Both the position numbers and the translations under genes were made by a program. 64,000 nt of DNA from Bugula neritina (Eukaryota; Animalia; Bryozoa), in the NCBI GenBank assembly GCA_964035545.1, contig OZ037771.1, positions 12,523,133 to 12,587,132 on the forward strand, given 5' to 3'. This document shows, in pieces, positions 25,932 to 38,796 of this stretch; position 1 is the first letter of the stretch, and every line of letters starts with the position of its first letter. Below the pieces are notes generated by a model that saw nothing but the letters and a program-made list of their open reading frames with translations, did not search any database and was not told where the DNA came from.

Positions 25932-28900
25932 TTCCTTTCTATTATTCTATCATCTAAGTTATAACTTTATAGCTGAGAGAAAGTTGTTTATTATAGCTGA
26001 ACCAGATATTACATAACCCAGCAACACTATATTTCCATATTCTATTATTTTGAGTGTTTCACTGATATAATGAGTTTAGAAGCATATTGAACAAAGTGCG
26101 TGTCACAAAAGATACTGCTTTCAATTATATTTCTTTAAATATATTATTTCTTAGACACTTCATATTGATTGCAATCATTTTATTTCAAAATAGAAAAATT
26201 AAAGCAGCAACATGAAACATGAAATAAAACCAATAGAAATGTTCATAAAAGCAAACCAATCTAACACGAAGATACTGCTTTCAATTATTTTTTTTAAATA
26301 TATTATTTCTTAGACACTTCATATTGATTGCAATCATTTTATTTCAAAATAGAAAAATTAAAGCAGCAACATGAAACATGAAATAAAACCAATAGAAATG
26401 TTGATAAAAGCAAACCAATCTAATCATTTGTTTGTTGAAGTTCTTTCATCTGAAATGATGAAATTTATGATTGGAAAAGGCAAAGAGAGCTTCACAAATA
26501 TGATATAACTCTACTGCATGATCAGAGCATTATAGGCCTTATACCCTTAGTACAGAGATGTATACAATTAGGTATACATTTTGTAAATCCTCAAAATAAT
26601 TTTCAAGAAATATTTAATACTTGAACAAGTTTTCTAAAAGTGAATTTAAGTGGATGTCTAATAAACTACGGGAAAGTTCGAAAAAATGGTTACTGTTGCC
26701 GCATGCAATGTGTGCAATTTTACAAAGCAAATGGTTTTGAATTAGTATCATTTTAATAGAAGATTTTTTTCAAAGCATGAAAAATTATTCAAAATGGTTC
26801 TATTTATTGATTCACCAATCCTAAATTATCATATAATATTATCATATTATATCATTATTTATTATATACTCATGGTTGCATGTACTCTAGTATGTTATAA
26901 GCAACATTTAGAATTCTGAGTATTTCAGATTTACCAAACATGATCTATTAGGTAAAATGACTTAGTATGGTTGTTTTTTTATATGAAATTTGATTCATTA
27001 TTGACAATTGTAAAAACCCTGCATGAAGCTGTCAGTACATTTTATACAGTTATAATAATTTGGAACCTTCTTCAGCTGTTTGCATTAGTATTTATTCTCT
27101 ATATGAACTTTGAACTATATAGATGCTTAAGAGCACAAAATTTTAATGATTAATAATATTTTCTCAGTTAACTATTTCAAAGTATCAAACTTAAAAAAAT
27201 GTTATATATTGTGGTATATTTTTCCAATGATGGAACTTGTGAGTAAATCACTTATAAAATCGGCTTTGGTGATACCTATATTTTTTCAAAACTGTGAAAA
27301 AAATCTCAAAAGTAGATGCAATTTTCAACTTAAGTGATAATAATTATGTTAGAATCAACATTATATTACAAACAAACTACTGAATTTGATTTAATTAATA
27401 GATGCATAATGTAGTGAAATTGTGATAATTTCATTAAATTGAAAAAGATACTTCAAACAATGTTTCTTCACGTATAAAAAACCTTGTGATAAACTACATT
27501 CCAACAGATATTTAATATAATGAAATAGGCAATACTACAATATCTAAATAATGTTCTACCATTGTTGTTAGTAGTAAATTAAAAATACAGTCAATTTTTG
27601 TTGAGCAAACAATAGTCAATGTTGTTTATAGTTGCAACAATCAAAATTTGTTTCTATGGCAGCCATTGTTTTCATTCTGATTGTTGAACTCAACTCACAC
27701 GTTAGTCAAAGTATTTTGACAGCTCTCTCCTCTCTGGAATTTTACTGAAACTATAATTCAAATTTATAATTATTTAGTTTAATGTGTTTTACCAATTATT
27801 TTGCTTTTTCAATATGCAGGTGAGCAGTTTTTATGTTAAAATTTAACACAAAGTCAAAATAATTTATCAATTTTTGGAAAAACAAGTTGAAGTTGAAAAC
27901 TGTTTTAAACTTTGAAACCATTTCTATATACTTTGACTTTTTCAAACAATTTAGTTCCTTTAAAACCCTTTTTCAGTACTTCTAGTTTTCCTAAAGTCGA
28001 ATAACTGTACAAATTAATCTTCATCTAATCTTGCTTATCTGCATGTATCTCACATATTTCAGCATTATGTATTCAAACAGAAGCTTATAAAGACTATAAT
28101 GTTTGATTTCTGTAGTTTGGAATTGAGTCAATTCTAGCTGTCTTTTGTTGGGTCTATGAACCTATTGCATCACTGATAATCAGTAAGTATGTTATAACAA
28201 CATGTCTGGTACTATAGTCTTTCTATGAGCAGCAGAGAAAGTAGGCGCATGATTTTAAAACTGAAGAAATGTATAGAATTTAAATCTTTGCCTAGTATAT
28301 ATCAAATTATATTTTATCCATGTTATCTATATGTTTATGTTTTGTCCTAAACTTTTACTTTATAACCCTAGCAAAGCAGAGACCTATAAATAATATAATT
28401 GACATTTTTGCATATAGTGTAAATTCGTATACTGAGTTTTATTAAAATTATTTTTGGTTGAAATTGTCAACCTCTCTTGAATAGTAAATTGATGGAAAAA
28501 TGTTAGATTACACATAAATGGTACAAAGTATTGTTAAGTACATGTTTTACAATTATATTTTATCAGGTCACAAAACAAACCCTCATTTCCTATGATGACT
28601 TGGTATCTAAATCAATGATTGGAAGAGAACATGAAAGGCTCGAATCTGTGGGATCAGCTATGCCAATCACACATGGAGGCTTCTCATTATGAAGCTTAAC
28701 TGCGATTGGCTGCAATATGTTACAATATGTACTCATTTTAAAGTTGCCATAAAAGTATATCACTTCAATGCTATGTGTACTGACCACCAAAGACTGAATA
28801 AAAGTGAATGAATGACGCAATGTGCTGATTTTATATAATAGTCTGAAAATAGCTTTTTTGTGGTAGCCAAATTTGGTTTACTAAGCTCATGTGCCATGCA

Positions 28901-29848
28901 AAACACAGAAAAGCATGAGATGGTTAACAAAGCTATAAAACTTTAATCAAAGCTGTAATAATATAACAAAGGCTTTCCATGCTTGTTGAATGTTTCAACA
29001 TAATATGCATATTGTTGTTTCTTTATTTCAACAATATGATTCTAATGAAATAGTAGATGATCTATAGGGTGCTACCCGGAGGGTGGTAATGATAGGGCCC
29101 ATTTAGCTAATGAAGGCCCAAACTGGTCAGTACTATAAGTCAATTCACATTTCACATTATATGTATATAAATAATCATCTGAACATGTGTTACATAACTA
29201 TATTTAGTCACAATAGTATGACGCTTTTTGGGTATATTATAGTTTTATATATGTACAAAACACACCATAGTTACACATTTGGCATTGATTATTATTATAA
29301 TTTGATCCTATTTCATGCAAGTGAATTGCTACCTCACTCTGCATGCATGTATAGATTATATCATGATTATCTGTTATTATAACATATAATATCAATTCAA
29401 AATATTTATTTCCTTCAACAAGTATATTAGGTATATGAATATGCTGTATCCTTAAAATTGTTTATAAATTGCACAACACCTCCCCTTATTAAAAAGGCAG
29501 CATATTCTATTAATATTTTTATTTCCGAAATGAATTGTTTATATTAAATTTTTTGAAAAACATTGAAATTTCAACTAATATTCTAACTGCATTGAGGCAA
29601 GTCTTGTTTGTGTGCTCTAAACGTGCGCATTATACGTTTTAGGTATATTAATATAGCATAAATTTTCAGCGTTGGCAATAGATGACGGAGTTAGCTCCCC
29701 TATTGTAATCGTTGTGCGCTAACTTTCCGCATTATTGAACTGGAATAGCTAAATAGTGCGAACATGAAGCAAATCTACATATTATTTTGTCTATTGGAAA
29801 TAGAGGATTTTTTACGTGCAAGTTGAATAGATTCAGTCTACAAACAAA

Positions 29849-32800
29849 ATGATGCTGAGGAGGTGTGGTTTGCAAGCCTTGTCTTGTGCTAAGAAACTTA
29901 AAGTTGCTAAAAGTAACTCATATTCCTATTTTGGTTGTCGGTTCAAAAGTGTGAGAATAGGATGTTCATCGGGATTTTTTGGAGATACAACAGTGTCAGG
30001 TATCTGCTTGCTAAACTTATAAAATTAAGCTGTAGTATTACTATTACTATTATTATTACTCGCATTATCATTATCACTTTATGATTATCATTATCATATG
30101 AATATGAGTACTTCTGTATTACATTTACTATTACTATTAGTATTAGACTTAGTATTACTAGGATTAGTATTACTATTAATAAATCTATTAGTATCAGTAA
30201 TACTAATAGTATAAGTATCTGTATTACTATTAGTCAGTATTGGGGTTTAGTACAATCACTCCAACTCTTCGTCAATATGAATATCTCCATAATCCTGAGT
30301 ATGACTATTAATAATATTAATAATAATATTATTACTATTAATAATAACAATATAGCTCTGTAACTGTCAGTATGAGTATCGTCATCACTATGACTAAGAG
30401 GAAGCCAAAATTTGTTCTTATTTTTAAATTTGAAGGAACGTGTAAACTAGTAAATCACTAAAGGTAAATGTAATGCTTAAGATTAACTAACTATCACTAT
30501 TACTATTAGTATTATTATTGGCATTACTATTAATATTATTACTATTAGTATTAGTATATTCTTAATCTGAGTATTACTAAAAGCAAAAGCGGAGTTTGAA
30601 TCTAACTATTTAAAGTTGGCTTATCTTTGTCATTCTAATAATCATAATGAGAATGTTTTTCGTTTTTATTCACATCGACTTTTTACGAGATAATTATTAA
30701 TTGTGAAACGGGTAACGATTTATTGTTAATTGTGCAAACAAGCTATGAACATAACAATTCAATGTGATATTTACAGTATTTAGGTGCATGTTTATTTTTA
30801 ATAGTATATGTAAATTTTTAGTTATCACATATATTTTCAAAGTTTGTTTTGAATTCTAATATTTCCTAATCTATTATCGAAAAATCATATACCTTTATGA
30901 TTTTACCAAAGTTTTTGGAATGAATTTTAATAATAACATTTGTGAGAGAAACAATTATAAATTATGTTTTTAAAATTTGCCTATTGCTAGGTGAGTTCGT
31001 GTCATGAAAGTTCAAAGGTCAAAGAACTATAAACCTTAACATTTTTGGGTAAATGCTTCTTTTCAGCTCGACAGCTGGTAGAGAAAGGCAAGTTGGATTT
31101 CTTAGTGATGGACTACTTGTCAGAAATCACCATGTCTTTGCTGGTGGCAGCACAGAAGAAGAACCCTGTAAGTGTGTTTTCTGTAAAACCAAGCTTCTAT
31201 CGTTTTTACATGTAGCTAGTAATCCAGGAACTCAAACTTGAATCCTTCCCATGAAGACACCTAGTGGTAAGGGTCTTCACATAAACTAAGGACTGTGCCT
31301 GCTTCTCACCATGTTAGTGGTTTAAGGGTTCTCTTAGTAGCAAAGAAGTAATCATGTCGGGCCAAGCTGAGTCCACAATTCAATCAACTTTTAAAACATA
31401 ATGGTAATTCTATTTTTAGGCTCTTGGCTTTATTCCTGATTTTGTGCAGCAAGCTAGAGTATTGATGGCAGCAAAGGCTAAAGGTCAGCAGGTTGAGCAT
31501 CTTACATATGTTACATTCAGTTGACCTTGATATATCTTGATATATACAGTCAGTGTAATACTACTTGATATATCTTGATATATACAGCCAGTGTAATACT
31601 ACTTGATATACCTTAATATATACAGTCGGTGTAATACTGCTTGGGCTAGCATAGTGTTTCAATATACAGATATTATATCACTATATCTACATATAATATC
31701 TTACTATATGTACATAGGCATTGCTACATGTACATATATATCTTTTTCACGCGCAGCGACCACGCTCGTGGACACAACTTATATAGTGTACAAAGTGACT
31801 CATAAAAGATTCATGTATGAAAGGGATATTACTATATATGCATATATATTATTTTATGTTTTCATTGATTAAGTTTCCCTCCAGGTGTTAAGGTGGTAGC
31901 TAATGCTGGAGGCATCAATCCACATGGTTGCGCTGCCGCATTGAAACAAGTTCTTGGGGACAAAGCTGACTCTCTTAAAATCGCCGTGGTAACCGGCGAT
32001 AATCTAATTGAGAGGGTAACGTTATGCTACAGTTAATGTGTTATACACACTTTCAGCTGTGTAATTAGTCTTTAATGTGATTGGTCGAATATTTACCTGA
32101 ACGGCAGGTTTGAAGGAAACCACTTAGTTTTCTCTATTTTTTTTGTAAAATAATGATATTTCAACTTTGGAAATGTTGATGAAATATTTTGAGAAATTTT
32201 TATCGAAATAGATTGTCTATCTGTAATGTGCAATACAGTCTACAATAGTTATTGTTTGCCGTGTGAATTCCAGTACAGTTAAGTTGTGTTGAATTGTATA
32301 GTTAGATGAGATGAAATCTGCAGACGTAAAGGAGATGAGCAGTGGAATGCCTCTTTGTGACACGACCAATAGCATGACAGCTTACCTCGGGTTAGTATTG
32401 CATTGCCACATTGTACTAATGTACTAGTGACTTCTAGTATTTGTCAGAGTAAAGAAACTACATAGACTTTATATACTTATATACATAGGGAGCAGCTGTG
32501 GTCTAGGGTTGGAGCGTTTGCCTAGTAAACACGAAGTCACCGGTTCGAACCGACAAAGGCCATTGGTAATGTTAGGAAGAGCATCCAGTCATAATTGCTC
32601 TTGTGCCACATATGAATAAGTTCTTAGCCTGATTTAACAAAAAAATCCTTTCATCAAGGGTTTCCTGGCGACTATAAACTTGCGTGAGTTTTTATAGACG
32701 ACATATGCATAGATAAGCTGGACTCATTCACAACAGCCTTACCATAGCAAAAGAGGGGCAACTCCAAAACTGCAAAAGTTAATATCGAACTATCCAATAA

Positions 32801-35800
32801 TCTAAAGTTTTGGTAAGAACAATGAAAGCATAGTGTTTATGGTTCACGTCACCTAACTGCGTATTCTTGCATCATTTCAGAGCCGTTCCAATATCGATGG
32901 CTCTCCACTCAGAAGCTGATGTGGTGATAACTGGCAGATGTACTGACAGTGCCCTAGCTTTAGGACCACTCATGTACTCACACGGCTGGAAGGAGACGGA
33001 TCTAGATCTATTAGCTTGTGGCTCATTGGCAGGTCATCTGATAGAGTGTGGGGCTCAAGCTACTGGTGGCGTATTCACAGATTGGCATTCTGTGGAGGGC
33101 TGGTGAGAATATACTGTCCATGTTCAGCAGGGGTGGATGGTAGCAGGGGTGTATGTAGCAGAGATGGATGGCACATGGGGGGTGCATTTAAAGTAACAAA
33201 TAGGTAAATAAGTAGAGCAATAAGTTTGCCAACTCTTGAATGCAGCTGTTGATTTTTTAACTTGAGAACTTCTTGGAATAACAAAAGTATGTCGAAAAAT
33301 GTAATTTTGATTGTAAATCCAACTTCAATTGTATTTCACTTACCCTGTAGTGAAGCTAGTAAGTTTTATTTTTTCATAAATAATACAAGTGTTGAGAAAA
33401 AATATAGAATCTTTTGTGTTTCCATTCAGTTATGTATCACATCTACTAGGTGCATGTTTTAGGGACGACATAGGCTTTCCCATAGTGCAATGTGAGGCTG
33501 ATGGGAGTTTCACACTGAGTAAACCTCCCGGTACGGGTGGGTTGGTGACCCCCGCCACAGTTTCTGAGCAACTACTGTATGAGATTCATGATCCAGCTGA
33601 GTACATTCTACCTGACGTTGTGTGTGACTTTACTCAAGTCACTGTGGAGTCAACAGGAAGTGAGTATTAGTGATTACTAGGTCAGCATCTTAAGTCAGCT
33701 TGTTGAGTCAGTATGTTAAGTCAGTAAATTAGTTAAGTAAGTATGTTAAGTCAGTGTTTAGTTGAATAAATATGTTATGTCAGTATTTAGCCAAGTGTTG
33801 TTAGGTCAGTATATCTGTATAATTAAGTCAGTGTATTAGTGTTACAGTAATTATCATATGGCTGGAATACTGATATAATAAATAGAAACTCACTCATCAG
33901 ACACTATTCTAGTAGTAGGTATACTGTAATCTTGTGGTTGAAAAATACAAAACAAGATTATGGTAATTATGTCATCAGTTTTCAGATTGTCAAACTCTGT
34001 CACTACAGTTTTATACAGCCTAATAACACTCACATGGCCCCATCTGATTGGTTAACGGAATATAAATAGTTTTTGTTTCTAAAATTTCCTGTTACAGATT
34101 CTGATAAAGTGCTGGTGAGGGGGGCGCGAGGTAGGCCCCCATCTGACAGCTACAAGGCAAGTGGCTTAGCTTAAGACTAAGATCTTTAATTATGGAGTTA
34201 GTTTGGTTTTGTTCTAGTTTTTCCTTCATTCTCCTAATGGTGTTTTAAAAACCGTTTAAATAACAAATAGTTGCTTTTTATACAATATATTTCTGTATTA
34301 AGGAATAATAGGCTAATTGCACATTGAGTTATTTTCTCTATTCTCAGTGACAGAGGGATGTTACATGTGTTTTCGAGTTATATTTTTAAGCTAATTCAAT
34401 TTTGATTTTTGAATTAACTCAAGTCAATTAACACATCTTGTAAACAATAATTTAAATAAGTAAATCATTGAAAAAATAATGTTCCATTTGTTTGTGAATA
34501 ATGCTTAATTATGAGTTTCATTTTTAGGCTAGCCCAATATTGAAGAAAGCATCTGTAAACAATAATTTAAATAGTTGTAGCATCTATGACTGTTTATGGC
34601 TTTCAACCTTCTGCTATATTCTTCTAATGTAACAATGGCCAATGAGATTAGCATTGTAGAACCACAAGAATATAATGCAATCAGTACTAATCAGTTTTCG
34701 GTCTCCAGGTGTGCTCTACCTACTCCGATGGGTTCCGATTGACTGCAGTTTGTGTACTCGGTGGACCAAAGAGCGCCGAGAAAGCCAGAAAAACAGCCAA
34801 TGCTATTCTAAAACGGTCTGATATTAACTCCTTTTATCACCATATTCACTGACTCAGTTACTTTTTTGTCTTCTTCTATCTTCGCAGTATTTAAAGTTAA
34901 ATGTCTTCTGCAGAGTGGCTAGGGAGGCGGGGTTACTGGGGCTTGAGCCAATCACAAGCTACAATTTACAAGTTTTGGGGTCAGAGCAGACGTATGGGCC
35001 ACATGCAGACGTGCATATTGCTCAGGTAAGTTTATACTGTGTGTATTAAGGGGAAAAAGACTTTGAAGTTGTTTGCTCACTGAATGTATGCACACATTTT
35101 ATATGTATGTATATTTGCATACAGTCACAATTGTCCTTAGCCCGATTTAACAAAAAACCCTTTTCGTAAGGGTTTTCTCAAAGGATGGTGACTATAAATT
35201 TGCGTGAGTTAAACTTTCGTGAGTATATATTTTGTATGTATCTATGTATGCCCAGTATAATTGTGTGTTGTAAACTCTATAATCTACATCATTGCTGTTT
35301 TCACACAACATGCAAATGTCAAATATGAAGTAATATAATTGAAATAAGATGTTGATACAGTCATTTTGTGGAGTTATCCTTTCTTTTCAACATCATTAGA
35401 ATAACCGAGAAGCTGTGCTGTGGTTAGCTGCACATCATCACGATAAGAAGGTTCTAGAAATTCTTTCTAAGGAGTTGGCCCCAGCTGGTACTGGAATGGG
35501 TGAGTTTTCCCTCCTTGCTAACAACTGCTCTAACAAAGTGAGAAATATTCTACATGACTCATTGAGTTTAAATAGATTTGCTTCATAATAAATGTGTGAG
35601 CTTTGACCAGTTGGTGACGTAATGTTTGGTTTTTTAGCTCCTGGTTTAACAGCTCTAGTTGGCGGCAGACCCAAAGTGTAAGTTTCCTATTTATTCAACT
35701 TTTTTTGTTGACTCAGACATTCATACGCTTTCAATGTAAAGTCAAAACTGCTAGTAATATTTCTACCTATGAATTACTCTTTAATTGTTATAGCTTTTAT

Positions 35801-37216
35801 ATAAATTCACCCCAAATAAATTTTAATAACTTTTATGATCAACCTTGACCTATGCTTGCCATTTCTTTATATTCTGGTTTTTATTGCAGATCTCCTGTGT
35901 TCAGCCTCTTTTCATTTCTCTACCCAAAGAGTAAAATAGAGGTGAGAATTTAAACCATGATCTCTCTTTGAATGGCAACACATTTACTCTAAAGTTCTGA
36001 GACTCTCAAGCGTGTTGTGTAACCCAACACGTCTGCAGCAAGTTTAAATTGTGATTTGTTTTATCAGACAAGTACATTTCTTATGATAGAATAACCTAGT
36101 TACTAGTAAGATGTTATTTAGTCTCTGAAGAATGCCACTATTCTCTCAGGTAAAGGTCGATGTGAACGGAGAAACTATTGGCTCATATGTGGCCAATCAC
36201 AACACAGCTCCACTTCAGCCTACATCCTCTTCCACTAAAGCTAAGCATCCCATCAGCCCTTTGACCGGTTCAGCTAGCTACAGGTTAGTCTACGTTTAGT
36301 AATCAAGTAAATAGATATTATTGCTGTTGGAACTTTTGTACTGCTATTGTACTACTTGTCATTACCTGTCACTTCTATCACCTGTTATTACCTGCAACTG
36401 CTACTATTACCTGTAAAACCAAACCACTCGAAATGCATGTATGTTAAATAATATATTGATATAAAACAGTTCAAAATATTTAAGATATTTAGAAAAATTG
36501 TTCTTTTTAAATGTCTGCAATATATTTCAATTTGAGTTAACTATAAACTGCAATTTTTTGCTAATATCCAATTAAAATAAAATTGATCTCAAGTATTTAG
36601 AAACACACAAGACAATTAGTTTCAACTATTATACTATATAATGTGTTTGTATTTCATTGTGATGTCATATTGAAGAGTTGAAGAGCTAGCTTACACAAGG
36701 TCGGGGGACAAGGGCAATCATTGCAATATCGGGGTGGTCAGTCGGCATCCCAAACTTTACCCTGTGCTGGTGGAACACTTGACGGCTGAGAAAGTGGCCA
36801 ACTATTTCAAGCATGTATTCGACGGCGAACCAGAAGTTATAAGGTGACAGTTTGTGCATATATGAAAAATTTGTGCAGACGATTCCCAAGATTCTCTTGC
36901 AAGTATTAACTTCTTAAATTTCTATAAAATATAGTTTTTTTCTCATCCACATTTTAGGTACGAAGTGCCTGGAATTAAAGGTCTGAATTTTGTGTTGAAG
37001 AATTCTCTAGGGGGTGGTGGTATAGCCTCCCTAAGATCGGATCCACAGGTAAAATTTTCTAAGCCTAAGCTTTTATATGGCTCAATGATCTACAAGTAGT
37101 TTAGCTGGTGGTGCATGTCTGTGAATATCTTCTGTTTCTTGTGTCAGGGGAAAGCTTACGGACAGATGATGCTAGATATGACCTTGAGTGACCTGCCAGA
37201 TGACCTGAAGCTGTGA
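29849..37216 (+). CDS. AtuA (acyclic terpene utilisation / DUF1446)-family protein, 628 aa, 17 exons
   Basis: Exons 29849-29999, 31067-31167, 31420-31483, 31885-32015, 32302-32390, 32881-33102, 33463-33659, 34098-34156, 34709-34815, 34914-35025, 35400-35499, 35638-35677, 35890-35941, 36150-36283, 36676-36843, 36958-37048 and 37148-37216 join in frame (1887 nt). Motifs: [100 protein letters not shown]. Confidence 0.93.
31525..31643. repeat. ~38-bp minisatellite x3 (AtuA intron 3)
   Basis: cttgatatatcttgatatatacag(t/c)cagtgtaatacta repeated. Confidence 0.8.
32488..32693 (+). mobile_element. tRNA-derived SINE, copy 1
   Basis: A box TGGTCTAGGGTTGG, B box GGTTCGAACC, core ggccattggt.atgttaggaagagcatccagt, and 3' end gactataaacttgcgtgagttttt. 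These are shared with the other copies. Confidence 0.85.
35133..35210 (+). mobile_element. 3' fragment of the same SINE
   Basis: cttagcccgatttaacaaaaaaccc...ggtgactataaatttgcgtgagtt. Confidence 0.75.
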
Positions 37217-38309
37217 GCTGCGCCCAGCGTATCTCTCTTTACTTCAGCACTTGATTGATTCACTGGCGTGTTTGGTGTTACAACCTGGTTACTATCAGAC
37301 ATTGCCATGATAGACTCAGTCACACATATTTAGCCTGTGAATAATGTGGTGGGCTGATGATACGCCTCACATTCAACCTAGTTCTTTGGTTACAGCTGAA
37401 TATCTATTTAGTTATATCTTCTGAATGCCAGTGTACACATGGTATATGCACATGGATTAGTTAGGTTCACATATATATTCCGCACAAAACACTGAATAGG
37501 AGTAGTCTTCTCAACAAATGGAATAATTTCAGCAGTTCCCAGATTGAGAATGTAGCCTTTAATTTACATGACATTTTGGCTCCTCGCCAATAATTTTCAA
37601 CAAAACAGCATGATCATTTTTTGTATGAATATTACAAAATTTTAAAATAATATATAAGCCTGGCCAGCATTTTACAAGAAAGTTAATACTGTATGTTTGC
37701 ATATATTTTTCCAAGTCATATTTTGCATGTATTACCACAAAATTGTGATTGTATTCGTAACATGCAGATAATTGTCAAATTTATTGCAATTGATTACGGA
37801 ATTGAAACGTAATATTTGTAACAAATTTGTTAATCTCATGTAAGCAATATTACACAATAATAAATATAAAATATAAGTTATTACTCACCTGGCCATTATT
37901 GTGTTTAATTATTGTAAAATATAGCATTATGTAACAAAATCGTTCTTTAATTCTTTATCAACAAATGTCATGAATAGAAGTAAAGTTTTTTGAACAATTA
38001 ATTTGCTGTCATCCAATTTGTATTCAATGAGAATGAATTTTTAATTCCGAAAATAATAATAATAAAAAGGTACAACCATTCAGTGTTGCAGCACATTAGT
38101 CGAATTTTGAATCCCACCAACACCATGAGCTAAATAAGTATAAAAAAAGATAACAAAAATTGTTACAGTTCACCGAGATTTGCTAAAAACCATAAGTTTT
38201 TTTGTACAAAATACAATGTTGATCTCGTAAGTATTTAAATTCTTTCAGCCTTTAGATTGCTGAATAGCCTTAAACTGCATCATTTAGTCGAGTGCACTAC
38301 AGTATAGTA

Positions 38310-38785
38310 TGACTATACAGTTACTATATACTCTCACTAGTATACTATAACTATACAGTTACTATAATATACTCTCACTAGTATACTATAACTATACAGT
38401 TACTATATACTCTCACTAGTATACTATAACTATACAGTTACTATATACTCTTACTAGTATACTATAACTATACAGTTACTATGTACTCTCACTAGTATAC
38501 TATAACTATACAGTTACTATGTACTCTCACTGTAGTATACTATAACTATACAGTTACTATATACTCTCACTAGTATACTATAACTATACAGTTACTATGT
38601 ACTCTCACTGTAGTATACTATAACTGTACAGTTACTATGTACTCTCACTAGTATACTATAACTATACAGTTACTATGTACTCTCACTAGTATACTATAAC
38701 TATACAGTTACTATGTACTCTCACTGTAGTATACTATAACTATACAGTTACTATGTACTCTCACTGTAGTATACTATAACTGTAG
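38310..38785. repeat. 38/41-bp minisatellite, ~12 units, in the presumptive SLC46 3' UTR
   Basis: Unit ctatacagttactat(a/g)tactctcactagtatactataa. It starts ~12 nt past the stop codon. Confidence 0.95.
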
Positions 38786-38796
38786 TAGTCGAGTAG

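Larger units (their letters stand above)
22432..29649 (+). repeat. Segmental duplicate, copy 2
   Basis: See copy 1. It ends 200 bp upstream of the AtuA-family ATG. Confidence 0.95.

Noticed and set aside
29849-37216. AtuA-family gene as bacterial contamination or recent HGT
   Set aside because: It has sixteen spliceosomal introns containing host SINEs, and sits among animal genes.
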